Below are positions 40,023 to 48,442 of a DNA stretch of 64,000 nucleotides, one piece after another. Each line of letters opens with the position of its first letter. Position 1 is the first letter of the stretch. Below the pieces are notes generated by a model. That model searched no databases and was not told the DNA's origin. It saw only the letters and a program-made list of their open reading frames with translations. The position numbers and the translations under genes are program-made. The stretch comes from an uncultured archaeon (GTDB taxonomy: Archaea > Asgardarchaeota > Thorarchaeia > Thorarchaeales > Thorarchaeaceae): assembly GCA_964631415.1 (NCBI GenBank), contig CAZVZC010000001.1:119042-183041 (forward strand), read 5' to 3'.

Positions 40023-40131
40023 TGGAGCCTCGGGCGGGATTTGAACCCGCGACCTTCCGCTTTGACGGCCTGTGAGGGTGTGGCTCACAGAGCTTACGAG
40101 GCGGATGCTATAGCCTCTAAGCCACCGAGGC
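40023..40131 (-). tRNA. tRNA-Thr(CGT) with 33-nt intron at 37/38 (40062..40094)
   Basis: GCCTCGG acceptor, TCCGC/GCGGA anticodon stem, TTCAAAT, T-CCA. Confidence 0.9.
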
Positions 40132-40209
40132 CCGACTGGAGGGCAACGCCTCTCAGGGCGCTAAAAGGTTTATCATTGTTGTGGACAGAGAACAGTAGAG
40201 GTACGACTC

Positions 40210-41202
40210 ATGACCCTCCATGACATCGGCGAACGCGGCTTTCTAGCAAGCATACAGAGTATGGTGAAACAAGTACCAGGTGCCCGGCTAGCGTTCGATG
40301 ACGATGCTTCCGACATTCCGCTCGCCGGAGGCAAGCACATGGTAATCAAGGTTGATACTTTCAACAGTGGTTCCGACTGGCTGCCAGGCATGACGGAGGC
40401 CCAAGTCGGTAGGAAAACCGCAGTCTTGGCAATGAGCGATCTGGCCGCTAAGGGGGCGGCACCCATTGCCAGCATGTTGTCCCTTTGTGTGCCAAAGGAC
40501 CGAGAGGTGAACTCGGTCAGGGAAATGATTAGAGGTTACTCGCAGTATTGCATGATGAATGGAGCCAGCTTCATAGGCGGTGACATGGGCACCTCATGTG
40601 AAACGGTGCTCACGGCTGTCATGCTCGGCACTGCAGTAGGAGATCGAATCGTAGCCAGAAATGGCGCAATGAGTGGTGACATCGTCGCTGTGACAGGTGT
40701 GTTCGGACTAACATCTGTCGCTTTCAGAATACTTCTCGACGGGTTGAGTTCTTCAGACACACTAAGGAGTCGAGCTCTGACTGCAGTCTACAGGCCAGAG
40801 ATCAACTTGCGCCTTGTTCCAGCGCTTGCTCAGGCAAAGGCCGTCACAGCGAGCATGGACAGTAGCGATGGTCTGGCAATCACACTCAACACCATAGCGT
40901 CGCAGAGCAATCTTGCATTCAGTATCGACAACCTTCCCGTGGCAGAAGGTGTCGCCGAGTTCGCAGAATCACACGGCTTCAATCTCCTCGATGTGGTGGC
41001 GAGAGGAGGCGAGGAGTTCTCGCTCGTTCTCACGGTTCCCGCAGACAAATGGGACAAAGCCATGTCGATAGCGCGTCAGAGCCATGCCGAGCTGATTCCC
41101 ATTGGCCATTCGCACGAGGGCAATGGCGTCCTGTGGGAGAGTCCTGAGGGACCTGTCGTCATACCCCCTGTAGGCTATGATGACTTCAAGGAGTGGAGTT
41201 AG
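40210..41202 (+). CDS. thiL: Thiamine-monophosphate kinase
   Basis: IGERG, DDA, SDLAAKG, IGGD, MDSSDGL, GGEEF. Confidence 0.92.
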   Translation: MTLHDIGERGFLASIQSMVKQVPGARLAFDDDASDIPLAGGKHMVIKVDTFNSGSDWLPGMTEAQVGRKTAVLAMSDLAAKGAAPIASMLSLCVPKDREVNSVREMIRGYSQYCMMNGASFIGGDMGTSCETVLTAVMLGTAVGDRIVARNGAMSGDIVAVTGVFGLTSVAFRILLDGLSSSDTLRSRALTAVYRPEINLRLVPALAQAKAVTASMDSSDGLAITLNTIASQSNLAFSIDNLPVAEGVAEFAESHGFNLLDVVARGGEEFSLVLTVPADKWDKAMSIARQSHAELIPIGHSHEGNGVLWESPEGPVVIPPVGYDDFKEWS

Positions 41203-42921
41203 CTGGCCCGCATTGTCATTGTAGATGGATATGTGGATGAACCGACTTGCCTTGGAGTCCCGCCTTACATCAGCCCATATCCCCGATACATTGCTGGAGC
41301 CATTTGGACACATGATCCTCATGCAGACGTAGTCTACGAAACAATCGACCAAGTCAGAATCAATGTTGATGCTGCCCGGTCTGTCTGGATGCGTGCACAG
41401 GCACTGATCCTTATTGCAGGCATGATTGTGCCAGGAAAGTACTTGGGCGGTACTCCAATCTCCGTCAGGGAGGCCAAGGAGTTCTTCTCGACAAACGCTC
41501 TTGTTGATGTACCAAAGCTCCTGGTCGGTCCATGGGCACGTTTCGGATGTGGACTTGACGGAGGCAGGCTTGCACTGAGTTCCGACGTTCTCTCCCCTCC
41601 CTTCGACTACATTGTTCGGGGGGATGCAGAAGTGGTGATTGCAGGTCTCGCCCAAAACAGCTGGGACTTTTCGTCTGTCGATTTCAATCAGGTCAGGGCA
41701 GGGCCTCAGGAGATTGAAGAGTATGCGCTCAGAGGGAGTGCCATTGTCAATCAGCATCCTGGTCATTCAAAGAAGCACCTGATATGTGAAATCGAAACCT
41801 ACCGAGGCTGTCCTCGATACATCACTGGTGGTTGTTCCTTCTGTGTTGAACCCCTTTATGGTCCCCCTGCACAACGGGAGCCAGATGGCATAGCGAGAGA
41901 AGTCGGGGCGCTCTATGAGCACGGAGTCAGGGCCTTCCGTATCGGACGACAGGCAGACTTGTTCACTTATGGATCAAAGGAGATGGGCGAAACAGAGTTT
42001 CCAACGCCTGCGCCGCAAGTCATTGAGTTACTCTTCTCCAAGATACGGAAGGCCGCGCCAGATCTTGAAGTTCTGCACATAGACAACGTCAACCCGGGCA
42101 CAGTCGCAAGGCATCCAGAAGAGAGCAAAGCTGTGACCCGAGCAATCATGAAGCACCACACCCTGGGTGATGTGGCCGCCTTCGGACTGGAATCACTAGA
42201 CCCCGAGGTGAAGAAACGTAACAACCTCAAGGTGACCGCCGAAGAGGCCATGACGGCGATAAGGATTCTAAACGAAGTGGGAGGCCAGAGACCGCCATGG
42301 GAGTTGCCACATCTGCTCCCGGGCATCAACCTTCTGTATGGCTTGCCGGGCGAGAGCCGAAGGACCATGCAGTACAATATGGACTTCCTGAAGGAGGTGC
42401 TGGACCAAGGACTGATTGTCAGGCGAATCAATATAAGACAGGTTGTCAGGTTCCCGAATACGCGGATATTCACGGATGAGAAAGGCGGACTGAAGCATAA
42501 CGAGTTCATACGACACAAGGAAGAGATCAGGCAGCAGATTGACCAAGTCATGATCAAAAGGGTGGCCCCATATGGAACGGTGATTCGTTCAACATACGTC
42601 GAGGGGCGCGAAGGAAACCTGCACCTGATGCGTCAACTCGGTACATACCCTCTGCTTTGCCACATGCCTATGGGTCCGGACATTCCACCTTTATGCAACG
42701 TGTTCGTTGTGGATCACGGCCCAAGATCACTGACCGTTCTTCCGTTTCCATTCTTGGCCAACCACGCCAGCTTGGCGCAGTGGAGAGTCATTCCAGGAAT
42801 TGGAGCTAAGAGGGCCGCAAGGATGAAGAGTGCTGGTCCATGGAGCAATTTGAACCAAGTAGAGGAACGGCTCTCCATGGAGCTGACAGACTGGTTCAAG
42901 AGATGTGTGGTTTTCGAATAG
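41203..42921 (+). CDS. Radical SAM protein with CX7CX2C motif and C-terminal HhH (COG1031-like)
   Basis: IVDGYVDEPTCLGVPPY, ETYRGCPRYITGGCSFC, IPGIGAKRA; start placed at CTG 41203 rather than GTG 41233. Confidence 0.85.
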   Translation: MARIVIVDGYVDEPTCLGVPPYISPYPRYIAGAIWTHDPHADVVYETIDQVRINVDAARSVWMRAQALILIAGMIVPGKYLGGTPISVREAKEFFSTNALVDVPKLLVGPWARFGCGLDGGRLALSSDVLSPPFDYIVRGDAEVVIAGLAQNSWDFSSVDFNQVRAGPQEIEEYALRGSAIVNQHPGHSKKHLICEIETYRGCPRYITGGCSFCVEPLYGPPAQREPDGIAREVGALYEHGVRAFRIGRQADLFTYGSKEMGETEFPTPAPQVIELLFSKIRKAAPDLEVLHIDNVNPGTVARHPEESKAVTRAIMKHHTLGDVAAFGLESLDPEVKKRNNLKVTAEEAMTAIRILNEVGGQRPPWELPHLLPGINLLYGLPGESRRTMQYNMDFLKEVLDQGLIVRRINIRQVVRFPNTRIFTDEKGGLKHNEFIRHKEEIRQQIDQVMIKRVAPYGTVIRSTYVEGREGNLHLMRQLGTYPLLCHMPMGPDIPPLCNVFVVDHGPRSLTVLPFPFLANHASLAQWRVIPGIGAKRAARMKSAGPWSNLNQVEERLSMELTDWFKRCVVFE

Positions 42922-42988
42922 GACCATCTCATCCGACATCAGCCATTTCTTGGAACACTGACCGATACATGGAGCATTGAGAAGGCTT

Positions 42989-43125
42989 TGGCGGGCCCGG
43001 TGGGACTTTCGACCGCCATGCGACATGAACGGTTTTCGAACCCACGACTTCTAGCTTTCATCAGGCCTGCGATTTGGCATGACCTCTAGAGGGCTAGCGC
43101 CCTGTCCTGGCTGGGCAACGGGCCC
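42989..43125 (-). tRNA. tRNA-Arg(TCT) with two introns: 37/38 (43057..43086) and T-loop 59/60 (43006..43034)
   Basis: GGGCCCG acceptor, CTAGC/GCTAG and GTGGG/CCCAC stems, BHB motifs at both introns, G-CCA. Confidence 0.9.
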
Positions 43126-43245
43126 ACTCATGACCCCTCTCACAAGAAGGGTGCAAAAACACTCGCGAGAGGCTCGTCTTATAGACACTTCGGTGTACAG
43201 TAGACCACGACAGGGTTTCTCACCCCACAGAAATCGGTTGCACAC

Positions 43246-43497
43246 CTAGCTGAGAACAAACTCCGGGGGAAACATGACAAAGTACTCTATGACTACTGCG
43301 AGGATTATGCCACTTAACACGAGAGCCTTTCCCTTGGTCTGATTCACATCTGTATGCCAGAGTATCGCCCCCGCCAGCACGACAATCGCAGACGATGCTG
43401 TACCGATGAAGATCAAGAAGTCCCAGATCTCAGCAAGATAGACTGCGATCATCTGTATGAAGTTGGCCAGTGGACTAAGACTCTCGAAGAATAGCAT
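43246..43497 (-). CDS. Small two-TM pilin-like (TrbC/VirB2-like) protein
   Basis: IVVLAGAILW...KGKALVLSGIILAVV helical hairpin; resembles 959..1483. Confidence 0.6.
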   Translation of the reverse strand: MLFFESLSPLANFIQMIAVYLAEIWDFLIFIGTASSAIVVLAGAILWHTDVNQTKGKALVLSGIILAVVIEYFVMFPPEFVLS

Positions 43498-43558
43498 CCG
43501 TCATCCCGGCAGCTTGTCATGTGCACTCAATATAAACTCCTGAATGGGAAATCGCCGC

Positions 43559-44341
43559 CTACCGGCCCCGAAGCCCCTCGCAGAAAGCCAACACATTCTT
43601 TCCTAGGTCCTGATGATTATAACCTCCTTCAAGTAGTCCGAAACGTCGTCCATCGCACTGACTCTCTGCGAAATCGTACATCAACCGACCTATCTTTCGG
43701 AATGCCTCTGTGGACAGGTTCTGTCCCCAACAATGCTCGTACTCGTCGAATCCCGCCGATGCAGCAATCATGTCCACGCTGGGGCATCCGTCCAGTGCAC
43801 TCTTGACGTCTGCCAAGTAATCGCCATCTCCATGTGCATGTGGGTTGTAGATGTGGAAGTCCTCCTCGCGTCCGAGGATGTCGATAGTGCCGTCTCCAAC
43901 GTGCAGGTCGAAGTCCAGTATGAGAGCGGACTTGATGATGTGTTTCGAACGTAGGTGGAGAAGGGCTACAGCCATGTTGTTGAAGTAACAGAATCCCCAG
44001 TAGTTGCGGGCAGAGGCGTGGTGGCCAGGTGGTCGAATCAACCCAAATGCCGGCTCCCCCATTGCGGCGAATTTGGCTGTCAGAATGGCACCGCCTGCTG
44101 CTAATGCGGCCATCTCGTAGACCCGTTTGGTGTTCGATGAGGCGTCTTCATCTTTCACTCTCTCCAATACGCATCGGTCGTGTGCGCGCAGCAGGTCCTC
44201 CTCAGGCGCATAGTCTGGCAGGATCAGGTCGTAATCAGAATTGTTATGGAATGCCTCGATTGCCGTATCGAGTCTCCCGGGTGCTCCCGCAGGCGTGTTG
44301 TCGTAAGACTCTCTCATGCGAGGATGGAACACTATCTCCAC
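43559..44341 (-). CDS. Histone deacetylase-family Zn amidohydrolase
   Basis: RPPGHHA, GFCYFNN, DFDLHVGDG, SAGFD, LEGGY. Confidence 0.93.
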   Translation of the reverse strand: MEIVFHPRMRESYDNTPAGAPGRLDTAIEAFHNNSDYDLILPDYAPEEDLLRAHDRCVLERVKDEDASSNTKRVYEMAALAAGGAILTAKFAAMGEPAFGLIRPPGHHASARNYWGFCYFNNMAVALLHLRSKHIIKSALILDFDLHVGDGTIDILGREEDFHIYNPHAHGDGDYLADVKSALDGCPSVDMIAASAGFDEYEHCWGQNLSTEAFRKIGRLMYDFAESQCDGRRFGLLEGGYNHQDLGKNVLAFCEGLRGR

Positions 44342-44583
44342 GGCTTGCCATCTCTTGAATACGTATGGAAACTATGCCATCTCTTTAGCCTTCATGGGGT
44401 GAGAAATACTCGGTCCTGAGTTCCTGCCTTAGCACCTGACGAGTAAGTTTGAGTCAACAAAAATCGTGTGAGAGCGCTAGCTCCTCTAATAGTCCTCACG
44501 GCTTGACTGGTCCGAGCCTTCCGGAACCTGTGCCGTGAATATAGGCGTCGTCGGTTCTCTCTGAATATAGCAGTGTGAGAAAT

Positions 44584-44628
44584 ACAAAAGACAGACTTGG
44601 ACAGACAGGCTCGCGACCTGCCTGCCCA
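44584..44628 (-). terminator. Stem-loop plus U-rich tract after the r-protein operon
   Basis: 13-bp stem TGGGCAGGCAGGT-CGCGA-GCCTGTCTGTCCA followed by GTCTTTTGT on the minus strand. Confidence 0.55.
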
Positions 44629-44667
44629 GATGACACTAAAGAGGATGCAACAACATGGAGATCACTC

Positions 44668-44979
44668 TTAGCCAAAGAGACTCCCCAAGCCTGCAGTGAA
44701 CTCTTCCTCTTTCTTCTCTTCCTTCTTCTCTTCCTTCTTCTCCGCAACTGCAGGAGCTCCCGCTGCGGCTGCTGGCCCAGCGGCACCCGCGGCTGCTACA
44801 GGCATGGCAACGCTCTTCAGAGCATCATCAATGTTCACACCCTCAAGAGCTGCAAGCAGAGCCTTGACTCTGTTCTTGTCAGTCTTCACACCTGCGGCGG
44901 TGAGAACGGCTTCCATGTTCTTCTCATTGATTGCCTGGCCTGCCTTGTGGAGCAGTAGTGCAGAGTACACATATTCCAT
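44668..44979 (-). CDS. rpl12: Ribosomal stalk protein P1 (aL12)
   Basis: [11 protein letters not shown], Ala-rich hinge, acidic GLGSLFG end. Confidence 0.97.
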   Translation of the reverse strand: MEYVYSALLLHKAGQAINEKNMEAVLTAAGVKTDKNRVKALLAALEGVNIDDALKSVAMPVAAAGAAGPAAAAGAPAVAEKKEEKKEEKKEEEFTAGLGSLFG

Positions 44980-45002
44980 GTTTCATTACCTCGGTTTTTC
45001 AC

Positions 45003-46022
45003 TCATCCAAACAGACTTCCAATGCTCGGCGCTCCTTCCTCCTCCTTCTTCTCCTCTTTCTCAGGCTTCTTCTTCTTGGAGGTGCTGGGAGCAGGAGCAG
45101 TCGCTGCAGCTGCTACAGGAGTCCGGAATCTTGCCAGAATCTCCGGTGGCACTGCTTCCGGGTTCTTGCCTGAAAGCACAGCGGCCAGAGCAAAAGCCCC
45201 TGAGTCTGCCTTTACCAAGAACTCTCTCACCATCTCTGGCACGAAGAAGCCAACATTGATGGCCAAGGTCTTGGCGTCTAGGTCCGCCCTCGCAATTATC
45301 ATCGGGATCGTGTCTGCTGTCGGATAGCTGACATTGACTGACAGGTTCACGGCGTACTGATGTCCTAGGATGACTTCTTCGAGCAGTTTCTTCAAGTCTA
45401 CCTCAAAAGCGTCAGAAGTAAACACTGCACCGTCTGTGTATACCGCCACGAGCTTCAGTTGGAGCTCCATTGGCTCAATACCAAGTCTCCCAAGCATCTG
45501 CGCCAGCGCATTTGATATGACCTCCCCCTGCTTAGCTACGACCGTATCATCGGTGATGTATATAACACCGGTCTTCACACGTGCCGGGATCTTCAATGCT
45601 GCCAGTTCGCTGATGAAGGGCCCCGGTGCCACGCCAGTGTTCATTGCGGGGACTATGATGTCATTTGGTGCCATCTGTCCTCCCTTGGCTGGGGCCTTTG
45701 TCTTGTTTTCACGTAGGAACTTGCTGAGCGAGAACGGGTCCTGATTGCTGAAGATGAGCGCAACAGGTCCAAGGACGTGTCCTGAAAGGTCATCGATGCC
45801 CTTGACCTTCGAGCTCTCTATCGCCCTGATCATGAGGGTGTTGCGAGCCATCCGCAAGACTGCAGAGCCTCGCAGGCTGTCCCTGATTCCTTGTAGCTGC
45901 TTGGCTCCAACACCACCTACGTCAACAAGACCCACCATCTTGCTCTTCTTGATCATTGAGATCAGATGATCGACCTCTTCCCTCTTCCATTGCGGTACGA
46001 CATGCTCGGATGCTGCCATCAA
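45003..46022 (-). CDS. rplP0: Ribosomal protein P0 (uL10)
   Basis: PQWK, RNTL, APGP, GSLFG end. Confidence 0.96.
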   Translation of the reverse strand: MMAASEHVVPQWKREEVDHLISMIKKSKMVGLVDVGGVGAKQLQGIRDSLRGSAVLRMARNTLMIRAIESSKVKGIDDLSGHVLGPVALIFSNQDPFSLSKFLRENKTKAPAKGGQMAPNDIIVPAMNTGVAPGPFISELAALKIPARVKTGVIYITDDTVVAKQGEVISNALAQMLGRLGIEPMELQLKLVAVYTDGAVFTSDAFEVDLKKLLEEVILGHQYAVNLSVNVSYPTADTIPMIIARADLDAKTLAINVGFFVPEMVREFLVKADSGAFALAAVLSGKNPEAVPPEILARFRTPVAAAATAPAPSTSKKKKPEKEEKKEEEGAPSIGSLFG

Positions 46023-46032
46023 CTATCACTCC

Positions 46033-46689
46033 TTACTCGCTTATCTGGACGGGCGGGCCCATCGTTGTCTTGACAAGCACACTGCTCACCTTGCCCGCAT
46101 GCCCTTTGCTCTCGACGAAGCGGAGCACAGCGGCTATGTTTTCCGCTATCTCCTTATCACTCATCTTGATGTGACCGACCTTCACGTGGAAGGTGGGCGT
46201 GTTCTTCATCCTCACTCGCACAGTCCGACGATACTGGCCGACCACCGCTTTCAGGTCTGCCTGTGGAGGGTATGGTTTCGGCATCTTGCCCCTAGTACCC
46301 AAGGCTTGGCCTAGATAGCGGCCCACTAGCGGCATCGTGTCAGTCGATGCAATGAAGAAGTCATAGGTCTTGGCCAGCGACCTCTTAGTGGCCTTTGCCT
46401 CACCCATCTTTGGGATTTCGTCCTTTGAAACTACTCGCTCGGCGCCTGCAGCAGAGGCTTTCTCTGCAAACTCACCTTCGCCAAATGCACAGACCTTGGC
46501 AGGGGGGTACAGAGTATAAGGTATCGTGACCTCCTGATTCAGCCTGTTCTCAGGCTTTGAGGTGTCCATCTCCTTTCTCCTGAAGTTCACTGCAATGTCA
46601 AAGCTCTGCTCGAACTTGACGCCCTTCTCCATGCCTTTAGCTCTAGCCTCAGCCACAGCCGCCTCGATTCTCTCAGTGCTGAATGACAT
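46033..46689 (-). CDS. rpl1: Ribosomal protein uL1
   Basis: FEQSFD, LGTRGKMPKP, KTTMGPP. Confidence 0.96.
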   Translation of the reverse strand: MSFSTERIEAAVAEARAKGMEKGVKFEQSFDIAVNFRRKEMDTSKPENRLNQEVTIPYTLYPPAKVCAFGEGEFAEKASAAGAERVVSKDEIPKMGEAKATKRSLAKTYDFFIASTDTMPLVGRYLGQALGTRGKMPKPYPPQADLKAVVGQYRRTVRVRMKNTPTFHVKVGHIKMSDKEIAENIAAVLRFVESKGHAGKVSSVLVKTTMGPPVQISE

Positions 46690-46692
46690 CTC

Positions 46693-47205
46693 TCACCCCT
46701 CCCTTAAGGGCACATTGAGCTGGTTGTCCCACTTGCCATCTCTGATCTCTTGTTGGAACTCCTTGGCGGGCTTGCCCTCGATGGTCACGCCCATCGATAC
46801 GCACGTACCCGTAATTATCATTGCAGCCGACTTCATTGTCAGTGCAGTCAACTCTCCGGCCTTCATCTTGGCAATGGACTTGATTTGATCAATCGAAAGA
46901 TTGCCAACGATCTGAGTCTTCGGCGTTGCAGACCCCTTCGGAGCGCCTATTTCCTTGAGAATCAGTGCGCTTGTTGGAGGGATACCCACCTGCACCTCAA
47001 AGGTCTTGGTGACCGCATCCACGATTATTGTCACAGGCACCTTCAGCCCGGCAAAGGGCTGTGTGACTTCGTTAATCTTCTGTACTACTTGAAACACGTT
47101 CACACCAGTTGGTCCTAGGGCTGGTCCGATTGGTGGCCCTCCCGAGGCCTTACCGCCTTCGACCATAGTGGACACTTTGGTCTTCTGTTCACTCAAATGA
47201 ATCAC
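46693..47205 (-). CDS. rpl11: Ribosomal protein uL11
   Basis: GGKASGGPPIGPALG, PPTSAL, GTCVSMG; start uncertain. Confidence 0.96.
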   Translation of the reverse strand: MIHLSEQKTKVSTMVEGGKASGGPPIGPALGPTGVNVFQVVQKINEVTQPFAGLKVPVTIIVDAVTKTFEVQVGIPPTSALILKEIGAPKGSATPKTQIVGNLSIDQIKSIAKMKAGELTALTMKSAAMIITGTCVSMGVTIEGKPAKEFQQEIRDGKWDNQLNVPLREG

Positions 47206-47460
47206 AACTCCTGATGCAGTGCAACTGATGCATCAATGACGCGTCAGCAAGGTCGACCCGCCAGACACAAGAAGAAGGACATCCAGCAAAGTCTACTGCA
47301 TTCTCAGTCATCTGTTATCACCCCTGACACGACGTCAATGCGTCTGTGTCCGATTAAGGAGTAAGGCTCTCGACCCAACAGTCCGTTTTTAAGGCTTGCG
47401 ACCAAGCCCCAAGTGAAAGTAGCTGAGTGCACGGAACAACAGTTGATGCGGACTAGGCTC

Positions 47461-48126
47461 TCAATGAGACCAGAATGAGTCCTCTTCCTCCTCAGGACTC
47501 GGAGTTTCAGCCTCCTCCTTCTCCTCTTTCTTCTCGGCAGCCTTCCCTTTCTCCACAATCTTGGCGAAATCGGCATGAACTCGCAAGGGGATGGTGTGTG
47601 GGCTGTCGAGCAGCTCGAGTATGAGTTCCTCCTTGGAAGTGTCCACTCTTGACACTCTGGCTCTTTCACCCTTGAATGGACCCGATATGATCTCGACAAC
47701 ATCACCTGTCGATATGCCTTCGGCCGCAGGTGGTGGGACAAGGAATTTGTCGATTTCTTCCAGACTCACTTTTCCACTAACACGACCCCGCACATGTGGC
47801 ACACCAGAAATGGCAATCTCGACATCCCTGAATTCAGTGGTTTCGAGAAACACATAACCACGGAGAGTTTCCGGGACTAGTATCGCCATGACCCTGCCAA
47901 GAAGCTGATTCTTCGACACCAGCTTTGGCTCGCCTTTCTTCTTACCTGCCTTCTTGCATTCTTTCATATGCTTGGTAGTGCTCTGTTCCGACGAGAACTG
48001 CTCACCACAGAACGGGCACTCCCACAGATCGGTTTCTCCCGTAACAGCAGTCGTAATCAGGTCTGCGACTGATCTCTCTTGGCTTATCGTTGTTCTTATG
48101 GCATAGATGCTGGTCTTCGCCTGCAA
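47461..48126 (-). CDS. spt5: Transcription elongation factor Spt5/NusG with inserted C2HC zinc finger
   Basis: NGN (YAIRTT..QE, LRGYVFLE), KOW (GDVVEIISGPFKGE), and position between secE and rpl11. Confidence 0.93.
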   Translation of the reverse strand: MQAKTSIYAIRTTISQERSVADLITTAVTGETDLWECPFCGEQFSSEQSTTKHMKECKKAGKKKGEPKLVSKNQLLGRVMAILVPETLRGYVFLETTEFRDVEIAISGVPHVRGRVSGKVSLEEIDKFLVPPPAAEGISTGDVVEIISGPFKGERARVSRVDTSKEELILELLDSPHTIPLRVHADFAKIVEKGKAAEKKEEKEEAETPSPEEEEDSFWSH

Positions 48127-48165
48127 GTGGAACCCTCCGTTGTTGGTCTTGGTCGGGACTGCCCT

Positions 48166-48348
48166 CTACTGTCCCAACCACCCCGACGTCAGGGTTGTCA
48201 TCAGGACCTGCACTATGAAGCTGAGTAGTCCGACAAGTACCATTGCGAGCAGACTTATCTTTGTACTTGACCACATCTCACCTCTTGTTGGTTTCGTGGC
48301 AAGTTTCAAGATACGCCTGCTATCTCTGAGAAATTCTCCAACACCCAT
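48166..48348 (-). CDS. secE: Preprotein translocase SecE/Sec61-gamma
   Basis: RILKLATKPT.EMW plus TM; conserved synteny. Confidence 0.92.
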   Translation of the reverse strand: MGVGEFLRDSRRILKLATKPTRGEMWSSTKISLLAMVLVGLLSFIVQVLMTTLTSGWLGQ

Positions 48349-48442
48349 TGCTGTCGCACATCCTAGGGTGCTCTGTATCACCGGAAACAGCAGCAGTCAC
48401 CTGTGGTGCTCTTTTAACCCTTGCTGAGTGCCCAACCACATA

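Noticed and set aside
40969-41766. 265-aa minus-strand ORF, and the many other antisense ORFs in the track
   Set aside because: These are shadow frames opposite well-conserved genes, with no motifs.
44505-44535. CAGGTTCCGGAAGG resembling SRP RNA helix 8
   Set aside because: The following AGCAG/AGCAA and the rest of the SRP fold are absent.
44696-44745. CTTCTTCTC-type short tandem repeats (also near 45040 and 47500)
   Set aside because: They encode the Glu/Lys-rich tails of P1, P0 and Spt5; not CRISPR or VNTR.
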